The notes under the pieces: model-generated | The model's database searches: none | Told to the model about the DNA's origin: nothing | What the model saw: only the letters and a program-made list of their open reading frames with translations | Made by a program: the position numbers and the translations under genes | Shown here: in pieces, positions 41,193 to 56,255 of the stretch | Layout: every line of letters starts with the position of its first letter | Position numbering within the stretch: position 1 is the first letter of the stretch | Source: Octopus vulgaris | Taxonomy: Eukaryota | DNA: 64,000 bases | Reading direction: 5' to 3' | Assembly: GCA_951406725.2 (NCBI GenBank) | Contig: OX597826.1 | Coordinates: 77,810,001-77,874,000 of the forward strand

Positions 41193-41554
41193 ATCTTAAA
41201 GAGAAGATCAATCCAGCACAAGAGGCGTTTTCTTCGACCGACAAACTGCCACAGTTTTAAAAAATCGTGAACATACATATTGTAGACGTAAACACGTTTT
41301 GACATTTTGTATTCCGATATTTACAAATGGTAGAAAATTGACGGTCAAGATTCAATTGATATAACACCAAACTGAACGCGATTATGAATTGATATTTCAG
41401 CTGATGTCTTAAAGAATCCCTATGATGCCTTACGTAAGTGTATCGATATATGTAACCGAAACATTACAAGAATTTTCTCTTACCAGTCTCATGCACTTTT
41501 GTACAACTTCATATAGCCTCTCACATCAACCATCTCCCTGAAGTAATGAGACCA

Positions 41555-41785
41555 AAGAAAGAGAGAAAGAAAGAAGCAAAGGAAAAAGAAAGAACAAAGG
41601 AAAAAATGAAAGAAAAAGGGAGAAAGGAAGGAAGGAAGGAAGGAAGGAAGGAAAGGAAGACAGAGAGCAGTAAAGAAAAAGAAAGGAAAAAAAGGAGGTA
41701 GTAAAGAAAGAAAGAAAGAAAGAGAGGAAAAAGAAGGAGAGAAAGAAGTAAAGAAAAAAGAAAAAAGAAAAAAGGAAGAAAGAGT
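41555..41785 (+). repeat. A/G-rich low-complexity tract with (GGAA)n/(GAAA)n
   Basis: Directly visible. Confidence 0.9.
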
Positions 41786-42667
41786 CGTTTCTTTGGTATG
41801 TAGGCAAGTGTATCGCGTGGTTTGCATAATGTATCTCTGCCTAAATTTATTTTCTTCAACCAAGGGGCTTCTACAAAGTCGGAAATGACAGCCGTCTTAA
41901 TTCCAGTTTACATTTAGCTCAGAAGAGAAGGCCTTGGGAGTATCGTTCAGTTTCGTGCGATATGTTAAACCCTGTATTGAGTACACAGACCCTGTTTTTG
42001 AAGCTGGTTAATTTACATACGGGTGTTAAAATAGTTTTGTTCTTTATTAATCCACTTTCTTAAGTAGATTAATAAAGATTAAAGATAATCTGCTTTAAGA
42101 GTATATTAATTTGTAGCCATATCTTCACTTTCTTCAATAGACTCTAAACGAGATACTGTATATCTTTTAAGAATGTTAAATAAATTGTTTTTAAATAAAT
42201 TTATTAATTTGAACGTTAAATATATTTTTTCTTTAATTTTCATAGTTTAATAAACTATATATTTTCGGTAGATATTTAGGCTGTGTCTTGAAAACTGGAA
42301 AATCGAGGAATCAGGGCCACTTCCGATCTAAGTTTTGCTGGATATTTACTCCGGCACTGTATTACGTAAGCTACTGAAGGTGGTTGAGATGCAGACCGTA
42401 TGTTTAATAATCTTGTATTTAATATGACGATAAAAACGGAGCTCTTTTGTAGAAACCCACTGGAAACAAGACTAAGAATATATTTATTAAACATATTGCA
42501 TATGACTTCTCTGCGTGTATGTGAGTGTGTGTGCGTGTGTGTGTGTGTGTGTGTATGTGTGTGTGTGTGTGTCCGTCTGTCTGTCTGTCTGTTTGTTTGC
42601 CTTTGTGTACTGTACGTGCAGTATAAGAGATAGGTTGGTAGTTGTGAGGCATCAAGTTATTCGTAAT

Positions 42668-43003
42668 ATGGCACTCCGTCGGTTGCGATGACGAGGGTTC
42701 CAGTTGATCCGATCAACGGAACAGCCTGCATGTGAAATTAAAACGTGCAAGCGGCTGAGCACTCCACAGACACGTGCACCCTTAATGCAATTCTCTGGGA
42801 GATTTAACATGACACAGAGTGTAACAAGGCTGGTCCCTTTGAAATACAGGTACAACAGAAACAGGAAGAAAGAGCGAGGAAAAGTTGTGGCGAAAGAGTG
42901 CAGCAGGTTTCGCCACCCCACCATGCAGGAGCCTCGTGTAGCTTTAGGTGTTTTCACTCAATAAACACTCACAACGCCCAGTCTGGGAATCGAAACTGCG
43001 ATC
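42668..43003 (-). mobile_element. SINE family C, tail type 2, 5' end lost at (TA)n
   Basis: Minus strand GTTTCGATTCCCAGACTGGGCGTTGTG matches 58148-58175; ends CCTCGTCATCGCAACCGACGGAGTGCCA. Confidence 0.85.
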
Positions 43004-43014
43004 GATATATATAT

Positions 43015-43553
43015 ATACAATTTACAAAAATAAGGGCAAAAGAAAAATTCTAATGCCAAATATGCCGAAAAAAAGACAAAAATTGTCAATAACGATTATA
43101 ATTTATGCGTCTCGAAACAAACCGATGGAAATTTCTAAAAAATCCGTTATTACCGTATTGGTCCTAATTTCGGGGTTAATTCATAAGAATTTTCCCCTCT
43201 TCAGCGACAAATACGCGAGATATAAGTGAAATACTTACTCATACCCATGGAAAAAAGCAAGTACTAAGTCCTGAGCAGACCTAAGTGCCCCAAATATATC
43301 CAAAATAGAAAATCTTCGGCACGTCTCGAGACACGTGTGATTCGAACTAGAAACTTTCACAGAGTGAGAGAATCCGGAAGTGAGCACTATTCAATTTATA
43401 ACTAATGTAGGATAAAATTTTTTTCGGGAAAAATTTTTTATTTTATCAATGGCCAGCATATCAAAAAAGAAGAGGGGAAAATTCTTATTTTTGATATGCT
43501 GGCCATTGATAACATTTTTTTCCCGAAAAAAATTTTATCCTACATTAGTTATA
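43015..43553 (-). mobile_element. Element between (TA)n tracts with a degenerate hammerhead (43160-43210) and a terminal foldback (43397-43553)
   Basis: Minus strand CTGAAGA-GGGG..CCCC-GAAAT; inverted arms 43397-43468 / 43487-43553. Confidence 0.6.
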
Positions 43554-43566
43554 TATATACATATAT

Positions 43567-43798
43567 AAAAAATAATTGAGATTCAGTTAACTTAAGTTGT
43601 TGAAGCAGCAAAAATTAGTGCGGTATTATCCGTACAAATCAAAATAAGGTGAATAAAATCAAAATAAGCAGCGGGATATTTTATTTATGCAGCTGAGGCT
43701 AGCCTTGATGTAATGATTGCATTGTTCACTTAAATGGAGTCCCTTGAAACGGTCGTATTGCATCACCTCTGGATATCCGGTGCTTATTTTGATTTTAT
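43567..43798. mobile_element. Small asymmetric foldback element with a decayed hammerhead
   Basis: 43653-43679 is inverted at 43772-43798; TGATGTAA..GAAAC-GGTC-GTA-TTGCATCA gives a stem I and 3' core. Confidence 0.5.
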
Positions 43799-44157
43799 AC
43801 ACACACATATGTATATAATATATATATATAAATAGATGCGTTTATATATGTATATATAAATATATATATATATATATTTGTGTGTGTGTGTTTATGTGTG
43901 TATAAGAACGATAATATATTTCTAAAAATAATAACTTTGGTGGCCGCGAGCGTACAGCCGTATAGGCAAATTAATAAAATATAAGACACACACACAACCA
44001 CACATATGCATATATATACACTAGGGTACTACATAAGCACCTGCTTCGCTAAAAATAGAAGTCAAAATAATTCTAAGCCACAGAAGAATCACAAAAACAA
44101 TACAGGCGTGATAGGAAAAAATTTTACCGAATAAAGATAGCGTCCTACCTCCGCCAA

Positions 44158-44227
<70 letters not shown>

Positions 44228-44520
44228 GATGATGAGTATTATCGCTTATGTGGCTGAGTACTCCGTAGATACGTGTACTCTGAACCTAGTTTTCGATTTT
44301 CAGTTTTCAGATAAAATGGGGAGTGGCATATTGTGTAGCATGCATCTTTTGACTTACAAGAACAATGCACGCGACAAGCTGTTTCCGGTATAGCAAATGT
44401 ATTGTAAATGACAGTAGCCCAAGTCTTCCCGAACTGGGATCGAACTTACTAACTAATCGTCCACGCTACGCCCACGCAATAACCACACACAGACACCCAC
44501 AGACATACAAATGTACTTGA

Positions 44521-44585
<65 letters not shown>

Positions 44586-45289
44586 CACACAAAAACACAC
44601 ACACATATATATACATATATATACACACATGTATTGCCTATATATTTGTATGGATATAAATACACACATGGCTCTGTACATACAAAACACGGCCATTAAA
44701 TATTGGATATATTCATTTATTTATTTATTCCTTGTGGATCTCACCCCTTATCAACCACCCGTTGATGGAACAAAATTGAATGAAGACGTCCATTTTCAGC
44801 TCTTCTAATATGATACAATCCCACACGGAAGAGAAGCTAAAGAAAAATTTACCATTCATGCTTTGCAAACCGGTTCGTATTTGCTATTGGATTATTGAAT
44901 TAGTTTTCATATTCCAGCGCTTCTATATTATTGCTGTTATTACATTTATCAAAGCATCTGCGAGCGAGGAAATCGGAATTAGCTTGCAGGAAAATATATA
45001 TCGATGTTGGAGCCCCTAACGTCAGCGCTCGACGTAGGCGAAATGGCAGCGAAATCTCCATCAAATTATTATTTAGAAGAAGACCACATTAGATAATGTT
45101 GCCGGAGGTATACTATGCCCAGAAGGTAAAAGATGACGGAAGAGTCGTGGATGGAATGCATTAGGGTACAGGCTTGGATCAATGACGGGTAACTTTGGAC
45201 TACACATGGCTAGGAACAATACATGAGACTCTTTGAGAAAGGAGAAAAGAGAGAGGAAGATGTTTTTTCTTATAATTCTGATCTTCTAT

Positions 45290-45450
45290 AGGCACAGGGC
45301 GAGCCTGAAATTTTGAGGGGTGGGGATTGTCGATTACATCGACCCTAGTGCTCAGATGGATGAAAGGCAAAGTCGACCCCGGCGGAATTTGAACTCAGTG
45401 CGTAAAGACGGACGAAATGCCGCTAAGCATTTTGTCCGGCTCGCCACCTT
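45290..45450 (-). mobile_element. SINE family A, internally deleted
   Basis: GGATGAAAGGCAAAGTCGAC..GAATTTGAACTCAG..GAAATGCCGCTAAGCATT. Confidence 0.85.
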
Positions 45451-45529
45451 GTTTTTCTTTTAATTTCTTAAAGTTACCAACAATTGAAATTAAAGATTAT
45501 CCAACAAATAAAAGAACCTGTATCTCGTA

Positions 45530-45651
<122 letters not shown>

Positions 45652-46582
45652 ATATGGTTATTCACTGACGATGTTCTCAAAGGGTTAGCAGTATGGTTAG
45701 AGTGTAGGGAAAAAAATAGCCGAATTTATTTCGTAAGTTCCTTCTACGCTTTTGTGTTTAACTCTCACCAGGTTACACTTTGTCTCCCAGGCAAGCCCCG
45801 GTTTCACGTAATCGACTGACTAGCTTCTGTCACGTTTCTGGCCTCGGCGTATAAATGATGTTATACGGGGGGAGGGGGGCAGTGCAAAGCAGTGATGTTC
45901 GTAAATACAAACTTGTTACCAGTTCAAGTATGCTTGAAGCAGATTCAAATTCGCATGAAAGTCATTTGCTGTATTTTGACATGATGGAAATTTCTTGCTT
46001 TAGACAAATTGGTGTAAATACACCGAGTCAGTTCACAGTGCTCCTTAACCCAAACCCTGAGGTACATGCACTTCGGAGTGGTCTTCTACTTTTACCATAA
46101 AAGGTACAGGCTTCTTGAGTTAGTGTGCAGCGTCTGCCTTTCCGATATCTGTACCTGAAGAGGAGATAACCACGCCGAAATACATACATCCCGCAGTCTG
46201 GTTAGGGAGTGCTTTGTGCTGACTCGGTCTATTTAAAACCCTATTTCTATACAACGAGAAATTTTCTCCATAACAGAATGCATTGATTGACTTTCTTACG
46301 GATTCCAATATGCCCTCAGCAGATTCCAACAGGTAACAAAAGATAAGGTTGTTGTCCTTTATTAAATATTTCTTACGAGTTTCTTATACTCCACATCTTT
46401 CAGAGGTGTGTGTTGAATTATCATTTGACAGTGTGTGACCTACGTCTTCTTTGATTTGTCATAGGAGTTATTCTATTTTACTGCTTCATATGTTATTTTA
46501 ACAATTTCATTGTCTGCTATATTAAATACACATCGCCGTGTGGGTTGTGTTATTTTTATTGAACAATGATAGTATATATTCC

Positions 46583-46657
<75 letters not shown>

Positions 46658-46890
46658 AGATGTCGGTATAGAATACATTTTGTGCGAATTATCTGGTTTC
46701 ATTTGATGACAGGTATGTTAAATATATGGTGTACAGTAGCATGTAGGTTACTCGAGTAATATTTTTCATAATCTGTGAATTCTGCCTAGCAGGGTCTATT
46801 TTCTTTTTTTTTAGACTGGGCGTAAAGTACTTTACACTGTGTTATAATTATAATAATGATTATTTTTATTATCAATATTAAGTTTATGTG

Positions 46891-47572
46891 AGGCGGCGAG
46901 CTGGTAGAAACGTCAGCACGCCGGACGAAATCTGTAGCCGTATTTCGTCTACCGTTACGTTCTGAGTTCAAATTCCGCCGAGGTCGACTTTGCCTTTCAT
47001 CCTTTCGTTGTCGATAAATTAAGTACCAGTTACGCTGTGGGTTGATATAATCGACTTAAGCCGTTTTTCTGTCCTTGTTTGTTCTCTCTGTATTTAGCCC
47101 TTTGTGGGTAGTAAAGAAATAGGTATTTCGTCTGTCTTTACGTTCTGAGTTCAAATTCCGCCGAGGTCGACTTTACCTTTCATCCTTTCGGGGTCGGTAA
47201 ATTAAGTACCAGTTGTTATCTGGAGTCGATCTAATCGGCTGGTCCCCACTCCCCAAAAATTTCGGGCCTTATTTCAGGTTCGATAAAATAGGAACGGTTT
47301 GAGCGCTGAGATTCAATGGAATCGACTTAACCCCTCCCATGTAATTGCTGGCCTTGAGCCAAAATTTTAAACCAATATTAAGTTCATGCGCCGGACGAAA
47401 TGCTTAGTGGCATTTCTTCCGCTTCTTTGTGCTCTGAGTTGAAATCCCACGGTGGTAGACTTTGCGTTACAGTTCATCGGGATCGATAAAATAAGTAACA
47501 GTTGAGCATCGGGATCGATGTAATCGACTAACGCCCCTCCCCCTAAAGAATTCCTGGCCTTGTGCAAAAATT
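46891..47572 (+). mobile_element. SINE family A cluster (dimer, extra tail, diverged copy)
   Basis: Full unit at 46891, restart at GGTATTTCGTCTG 47122, further diverged pieces to 47572. Confidence 0.9.
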
Positions 47573-47865
47573 TCATATACATTATTTTAAGATAGCGTTT
47601 TTCTTGTATTTGTTTTAAACCTCCGCCATCGTCTTCGACCTCTGACCTTATGTATTTATCCTCCTCCTCCTCCTCCCACTCCCCTACCTCTTACCTTACC
47701 ATTTTCATCTTTGGATTTCCTGGAGGGAACCTGTTGCTGGGTAACAGACCTGTGCTCCACTTTTAAAACTGTTTCCTTTTTATACCTACGCAAACAAAAG
47801 GTGTTTGCTTCAACCATCACCATCAACAGTACCATAACAGCAGCCCGCCGCCCCCGCTGTTGGGG

Positions 47866-47965
<100 letters not shown>

Positions 47966-48285
47966 CCTCTCATCATGACCGTTGCATTCGTCATCGCAAG
48001 CAATACAAACTTCACTACCAATAAGCACTATCACCTTCACAATTACCACCACAACCACCACCACCACCACCATCACCACCAGAACTGCATCTGCTGCTGC
48101 TGCTGCTACTACTACTACTACTACTACTGCTGCTGCTACTACTATCTTCCCATCAATCTAAAACCTCTCTATAACCAAATGATCTTATTTCTATTAGCCG
48201 AAACAATCTTTCATACAACTTCGAATTCCTCTTCCAACTACTTAAGTATTTAGCTTAAAGCATCTCTCTCTTTATATATGTGTGT

Positions 48286-48332
<47 letters not shown>

Positions 48333-48348
48333 CATCTATCTATGTATA

Positions 48349-48405
<57 letters not shown>

Positions 48406-48612
48406 GTATATGTGTGTGTGTATTTATTTGTATATGTGCATATAGGGATGTGTGTCTGCGTGTGTATATAGAAATGTTAGTATCTATATATGTATATATG
48501 TTCGTATATGCATGCCTGAATATGTGAATGCGTGTATGTATACTACATACACACATACACATATTTAGAGGGACACAGACAGAGAGACTGACTGACAGAC
48601 AGATAAATAGAC

Positions 48613-48688
<76 letters not shown>

Positions 48689-51274
48689 GGATGATAGAGA
48701 GGAGAGTCAATCCATTTTATCAGTATTTGTTTGTTTGTCTTTTTTCATATCTACGCAAAAGTTGGTGGCAGTTCGTTTGGAAATGTAAAGTTCTTAAACC
48801 CCTCATCAAAGTTTGTAGACTTTTATAGTCTCATATTTAGAATCTAGTGATGGCGTGAGTTGCTGGCTTTTAAAACTAGAATGGAAAACATTAGTACACA
48901 ACACTTCCATAGTCTACAGAATTTCTCACAAAAGTAGAAGGTTAATGATCAGAGTAATCTTCATATCACAGTGCAATGTTAAAAATAACCCTACAGACAG
49001 CACAAACTTTCCACAAATAAAAATAAAACCCTGATTGATGGCGTATAAATCTAATAGGAAACATTCAAGTTCCGGCTGTAATGTCTACACTGGATACATT
49101 TGTTGTTGCTAGTATAATGAAGCAGCCACACGTGCCAAAATCACTTCAGCCAGAAGATGGAGTGATATGTGTGATTATGATGAGTTAAGGGAAGCAAGGG
49201 GTTCATAGGAAAATAACAAAAAGGAAATGTTGATAACGATAAATAGGGAGTAGAGCCTTACTTTGAATGAAACACATACGTTCGTATATACATACGTATA
49301 TGAGTTTGACAAGTGCTTCGGCACGAATTTAGGGGTCTTAAATCTACGTTTGTAGTTCGCCAGTTTTGAAAACATGTATACATCTCTACTCAAGCTATTG
49401 AGTTATCTTTTCCTGTGCCTCTCTACATCAAAAGTAGTGATGTATAATGTGACTATGTCGTCCTTTTCTATTATTGCTTGTCATAGTGTAAAGAACTGCG
49501 AAATATTTTGCAGCTTAACGAGTAATTGTCTTGAGTTCAGCAGTGGCTGGTGAGGTGAATAGTCACTAAAATATCAAGTTGTCGTAAGAGAAAGCATTTC
49601 CGTATTATCATTATATGTACATTTGAGGCTGGTTCCTCTCGACCTTTTATTCTATAATCATAAAGTCATACCTCCGACAACCTGCTGAGTCGTTATGCAC
49701 TCTCAGTGATAGATAAAGTAAGATTATTCTACCCAAGTCCATATGCATCTATATACTGTATAGTTCTTGGTATATATTTAAGTATTCCATCTCTGGAGGT
49801 ATGTTTCATTAAGTTTTGAACACTGTTATTATTTGTCGATGTGTTTGGGTTAGGGTTAGGGTTAGGGTTGTGTGAGAAAGAGTGGTTTATGCTTTCTATA
49901 TTTTTCGGTCATGAAGGCTTAACATGTTTGTATTTGATAAAACTGAAACAAAAAAAATATCTATTCCAGTCCTCACATTTTGACACTTGTTTGCATTCTC
50001 CATTTAACATTTTCGTACACTTACATTATACTATTATACTTTCAACAAACTTTTAGTTTACTCATCTTATTTCCTGAATTGCAGTTTCTTCAAATGACCA
50101 AGTTATATTTATGTTTTCACTTCCTTCTCTTTCACACTCCAGAGAGGGCCACTAAGGTTGTACTACATTTGTTTATTCTAAAATACATTCAAGAATAGGC
50201 AAACTAGACATATATATTCCTTGAAACACGTAGACCAGCTGCTCTCAACTGAGGCCCATATGGACCCTGGAGGCACATATAAGATTTTGGTGAGGCGGGG
50301 TCCATGCAAGAGAAAAAATAATGACCATGAAAAAATATGCTTTAGATATATTTTTTGCAAGAAACTGTTAGGTTTCTTTCTCTTCCATTTTAACATAGTC
50401 TAACATGGTTCTGGCCACTGAAACATGTTCTCTCAGGAAATGCTACTGCAAACCTATACAAGTGAACGTGTGAAAAACAAAATAGGAATTTTGAAAGAAG
50501 TATCTATAAAACTAACATTGAAACAATGAATAGCTATGGGTGGTTCGTACCAGAATAAAATAGTAATCAGTGTGGTTGGTAGGTCGAGAAAAGGACGAGA
50601 ACCCCTGATGCAGACAAACATAATACAATCGTGCAGTCCTAATAAATCTGGATTCTGAAAGTGCATTGTGTGTGTCCTACTAAATAAAAATTTGATGCGT
50701 ACGTTGACAGTGTGACTAACATGGCAAATTTGTTTCACTGTGTGTAGAGTTTGTAAGTCCTGATATTGTTCTTTTTAATGATTTTATTCATATCCATGCT
50801 CAATGCAAATAATAAACGTTTCTTTTAGTATTTGTACTTAGTTTTCATTCACATTCCACATCCTGCATGTTTCCAGTTTAACATCTTCGCACAGTGACAT
50901 TTGCGCGATTCCTTTCCGAGTATTGTTTTAACCAGAAAGAATTGAGATGGTTATCAGATGTTTATCAGAGACTCTAGTTCCTAGCTTTGAACTTCCCGTC
51001 CTCATTTCCTTTTTAATCATCATCCTTATTATTTTTATTAATATTGTTATTTGGTTGTGTACATAATTTTATCACGTAAAACTAATTCTCATCACTCTAG
51101 TAATTTCCTTCACAGCAACAAAATACCTCAGCCTCTATCTCCATCCCAAAAGCAAAAGAAGAATTAATGTAATAAAGCTTTCGACAGCAGCCAAAAGCAA
51201 CGACGACGACGACGACTGCAATATCAATGCAATCGACGAGAAAAACATTCTTCAGTGACGCCATATTTATTTTC

Positions 51275-51429
<155 letters not shown>

Positions 51430-51685
51430 TATATATATACATATATATATATGTGTGTGCATGTATATACATATACACACACTTATATACATACATATAT
51501 AAATATATCTATATATATATATATATCATCAGTAACAGTTTCTTCTTTATATATATATATGTGTGTGTGTGTGTGAATGTGTGTATGTGTGTGTATGTGT
51601 GTGTATGTATATATAAGTGTTTATATTTCTGTTTATATGTTTATATACACACAGACACACAAACACACACACCCACACGTACATA

Positions 51686-51749
<64 letters not shown>

Positions 51750-52224
51750 AGCATTTGTCGTAATATTGTGTGTTCGTACGTGTATCGGTGTGTGCATTTG
51801 TGTGTGTGTCGGTCATCTTTAAACATGGCATATATCGGATTATTTTAAAACAGGCGGCAGGAAACAAATTGTCAAAATCAAATTTGGTATTCAATTTGCA
51901 CAAATATACAAGTTGGTGTTGTCTTTATTTTCCTTACTTACTCCATAAGATTGGAGAGTGAAGTAAAGCGAGGAACAGAGTGAGATAACGAGAGAGAGAG
52001 AAAGAGAATGAGAGAGAGAGAGAGAGAGAATGAGGTATTGAGTATGAGAGGGAGAGGGAAAGAGAAGTTAAGGTTTTAGTGTTTTCACGGTTTTTGTAAA
52101 TTAATCATTTGAATTGTGTAGATTAAAAAAAAAGTTATTAGTATCTATATTTGATTATTCATTGCGCTCATGACACCACGAAGAAAGGAAGCAGTGTCGT
52201 CGTCGATGTTGTAGTAGTAATGGT

Positions 52225-52227
52225 AGC

Positions 52228-52265
<38 letters not shown>

Positions 52266-52465
52266 GAGGAGGAGGAGGAGGAGGAGGAGGAGGAGGAGGA
52301 GGAGGAGAAGGAGAAGAAGAAGAAGAAGAAGGAGGAGGAGGAGAAAAAGAAGAAGACGACGAAGAAGACGACGAAGAAGACGACGACGAAGAAGACGAAG
52401 AAGAAGAAGAAGAAGAAGAAGAAGAAGAAGAAGAAGAAGAAGAAGAAGAAGAAGAAGAAGAAGGA
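52225..52465. repeat. Compound (GTA)n(GGA)n(GAA)n(GAC)n microsatellite
   Basis: Directly visible. Confidence 0.97.
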
Positions 52466-52709
52466 TTGGCAAAATGATAATGATGATAATGAAGATAAAG
52501 AAGAGGATATTTTGAGGCCCAAAGGCAGCGGTTTTTGGAGGGAAAGGGATTAATTGATAACATTGAAACTTGTATTTGGCTGCTACCTTATTCTATCGAT
52601 TCCGGTGGGATTAAAGGTAAAGGTGACCCTGGCGGATATGGATTCAAAACATAAAAAGTCGGAATAAATGCCGCACAGCCCTTTTTCCCGATGTTATTAC
52701 CACATAACC

Positions 52710-52796
<87 letters not shown>

Positions 52797-52799
52797 TGA

Positions 52800-53080
52800 T
52801 GTACGTCACTGTCCCAGAAGGAATATAAGAGACGCCACGACAATATAGCCAGGCTTGTCCATTGAACACTCTGCAACAAGTATGGACTTGACAGAGCAAA
52901 AAATTAGTACGACCACAAACCCGAAGGCATCGTCGAAAATAGAAACACAAAGATCCTATCGGATTTTATGATTCAGTGCGACCATGAGATAAAGAATAGA
53001 AAGCCGGACATAGTCTTAATTGAGAAAGAAAGCAAACTAGGCTGGATCTTAGATATAGCATGCCCAGCTGACAACAAGGT
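52800..53080 (+). mobile_element. R4/Dong-type non-LTR fragment (post-zinc-knuckle RHD and PD..D endonuclease motifs)
   Basis: Manual translation CTSLSQKEYKRRHDNIARLVH*TLCNKYGL..YDHKPEGIVEN..KILSDFMIQCDHEIKNRKPDIVLIEKESKLGWILDIACP; follows (TAA)n; overlaps the 37138 copy at high identity. Confidence 0.9.
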
Positions 53081-53305
53081 CTGGCATACTTGTCATTAAC
53101 AGTCCTCTCATAACCGATGTAAAACGTAAGGACAGGTTTGCTGACGAGGATTGGGTTTCGCTTTCTACATAATAGTGTTCCTTATCAGTCGCTGGATTCT
53201 TGGTCGGCTTCCTGGCTGTCAACGCTTGAGAGAGAGAGAAAGTGAATCATCTCTTCCATTATTCCTTGTGTTGAAACCCATGGTGCCTTGAGAACAATAA
53301 TTTCT

Positions 53306-53470
53306 GGTAAGATTTTTGCTATGGCAGTCCTGGTTTAGGACGAATGTTGCAGCAACATTCGTCCTAAACAAGGACTGCCATGTTATATTGGCAAAAATCT
53401 TTGCTCCAAAGTACTGTTACTGAATATCTCTCGTTGTGAAATTTAAAAATAGTAATTTTCTAAAAATTTC
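53306..53470. mobile_element. Collapsed spacer-less palindromic copy of the 4965-5455 family
   Basis: ATGGCAGTCCTGGTTTAGGACGAATGTTGC-A-GCAACATTCGTCCTAAACAAGGACTGCCAT; the right extension is the reverse complement of 4955-5030. Confidence 0.8.
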
Positions 53471-54517
53471 GTGTTCTGTTGAAGTCTTTGCTATTTTCTA
53501 CTTTGTCATTCGTGTAAAAAAGCTCGTAGGAGGCATTTGATTACCATTGAGTAGCTTTTGGCCTCTTTTGTCCTGCGTCACAACTGTTAGCCTTTATTTT
53601 TGCGTCTGGGTGTGGCCCATATCATAATGGTTTTGCAGGGTCATTAGGACATTCATGTCTATACAAAGATTACTTAACCACACACCTTACCTTTTGACCT
53701 CGAATCTTAATGCTTACCTCTACTATGCCACAAAAATGACGACAAGCCAAGGAACAGAGTAATTTCTGATATCTTCTAACGTCACTCTTGTGTTAAGCCA
53801 CCCAAGTATTGTAGTACAGGAATTGTCCTTAGTTCCGAATATTCGGTACACTGTTCCTTACATAGGATTGCGGCCAAATGAATAGAGATTGCACCACACA
53901 ACGGTCGCAGCTGGATGGAAATGTACTTTCAAGGAATACGAGCAGTTCCCTGGCCTTTGCGAAGCACTGATATATATAATTTCATCTTTCTGTTCGATAA
54001 GTAGGATTACACCTTCCATTATCGCCTAGCTCTCTCTTATAGACTGTTTTTTTGCGAAACTCTATACCAGAGACTGGTTTAGCGAATATGGGCTGGAAAT
54101 TTTACGTTTTCCCCTCAATTCGATTTCCTCACTCATTCTTTTGCTTGACTGCATGTGTGTAGGTGTGTAGGCGTCTTCATCTTGTTCTTGTTATCGTTAA
54201 TCGTGTCGTTTAAATTGTTTAAAATAATGTCGTTATTTTCTATCGTAAAATAATTATTTTCTTGTGAAATACGTATAATCCGTTAAGAAATTGAATTTGT
54301 TTACATTTTACTGTTTATTCCCCGTTTCTTGTCTTCATGGGCGTTTCTAGAAGCCATGTTGTTAAATTACCAGTGAAAGCGCAATATTGTTTTTGCCAAT
54401 TAAAGAGCCTCCCAAGCAAACATAAACATACGAAATAGAATTCTTACCTATGTAAAGATTCTCCCCACATAATGTCATTTGGTAAAATTTCCCGAGAGTG
54501 AAACAAAATCACAGCAA

Positions 54518-54593
<76 letters not shown>

Positions 54594-54601
54594 TAGTAAT
54601 G

Positions 54602-54635
<34 letters not shown>

Positions 54636-54643
54636 TGATGATG

Positions 54644-54724
<81 letters not shown>

Positions 54725-54728
54725 GTAA
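54518..54728. repeat. (TAA)n microsatellite
   Basis: Directly visible. Confidence 0.98.
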
Positions 54729-55628
54729 TTTCATAGGCTACAAGGCATACACCTATAAATGAAACGCTACACATGGGTTATAAGAATGTATAGGCATACA
54801 CAAGGCAAAGTTATATAAAAGGCGGAAAGTGGAAAGATGTTATAAAAACGGTTATATTAAAAATTTACGAGGTTACGTAGACCCTTTATATCTTCCAACA
54901 GTTTTTTTTTTGTTTATTGTGCAAAGCACTGTGAATTTCGGCGCAACATCTTCAGCGGGGTGCGGGTTCCCTTTTTCCTTTACTTTGTTCTGTTATTTCT
55001 AGCATCTTGCCCACTCATGCTCAGTTCCATCTCCTCTTCATTGTCACAAGAATGAGGTTCGGTTGCTGATTATCGCCAGAGAAACGGTCCCTCGGCTTCT
55101 TTAAAATGAGATTATCTCCTTTGATATTACTAGGGCCTTGTAGGACCCTCGAAACAGCCTCCACAATTTGCTGCTATTGTTTACTTCTTTTAGTTTCTCC
55201 TGTTTTTCTAGGAAGAAATCCCTTAACTTCAATGGACAATCATAATGCTTTTCTCAGAACGCACCAAAGAACACAACGACTGCAGAGTTTTGTATTTGAA
55301 TGGATCTATGAGGATTCACATGTCCATAGAAATGTCATCCGACAACATTTTGTCACAAGTCCTGCCATTGCAGTCCAACAGATAAAGTACTGTTAAAGTA
55401 TGGAGGATACAACCTAAGGTTGTCACCAATGGTTTATACCCTCATTTTTCTTTGTTTCAAATATTGTTGAAACCATGTGTACGTGAGTAATACAAAACCC
55501 TAGCTCTGTTCGACACGTCCTTAGATTTAGGGATTCGATGTAGGCAAGCTCAATGGACATGCAGACGAGACCTGCCATTCACTGTTCTTCTGAGGCCCAA
55601 GAAAATTCCCAAAGGCGCAGGAAAGCTC

Positions 55629-55666
<38 letters not shown>

Positions 55667-56211
55667 CTCTCTGTCTCTCTGTCTCTCTGTCTCTCTCTCT
55701 GTCTCTCTCTCTATCTCTTTCTCTCGTGCCTGTGTTCTATCTTCAGGTAGAGAAACACTTGTTTTGTCACAAAAATCTACCATGCTGTCTTCCAGTTAGA
55801 TGTTCCATATCAAAAGTTCATCTATTTACAAGATACCTTTACAAAAGACGAAGATGACTTTCCATTGAAATTGCTGTCGCTAAAATATCGATTTAACGGA
55901 TGTTTTTCTTTTCTGTCAAATATATGGCGGGAGCTGTTCACAGAAATGTCAAAATTTGTAGTATTGTATGAAAACATGCTCTATCTCAAAGCTTTTGTTC
56001 TGGAGGGCGTTACGCATTACATGTTTGTAAACAAAATACGAAGGATAGGATTGTTGGGGGGGGGGGTTGACTCTACATTGCGAGTTTCAAAATATTCAAT
56101 AACACGCTGAATTATAAGAGTTCAAATAATCTTTCACTCATGCAGCTTAAACTAGTTAGGATCTAGAATATTGCAGAACGACATCAAAAACACACCTGAG
56201 AAAGTTATCAT

Positions 56212-56255
<44 letters not shown>

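Noticed and set aside
46150-46190. CTGAAGA..GAAA hammerhead-like spacing (also near 54935-54955 and 60226)
   Set aside because: Stems I and III do not pair convincingly
49846-49868. Interstitial telomere (TTAGGG)3
   Set aside because: Only three units; too short to interpret
52151-52477. Acidic or poly-Leu/Ser protein ORFs
   Set aside because: Compound trinucleotide microsatellite
53480-55500. Possible decayed retroelement coding sequence on the minus strand
   Set aside because: Only a short GTARIP-like word; no sustained frame or motif I can support
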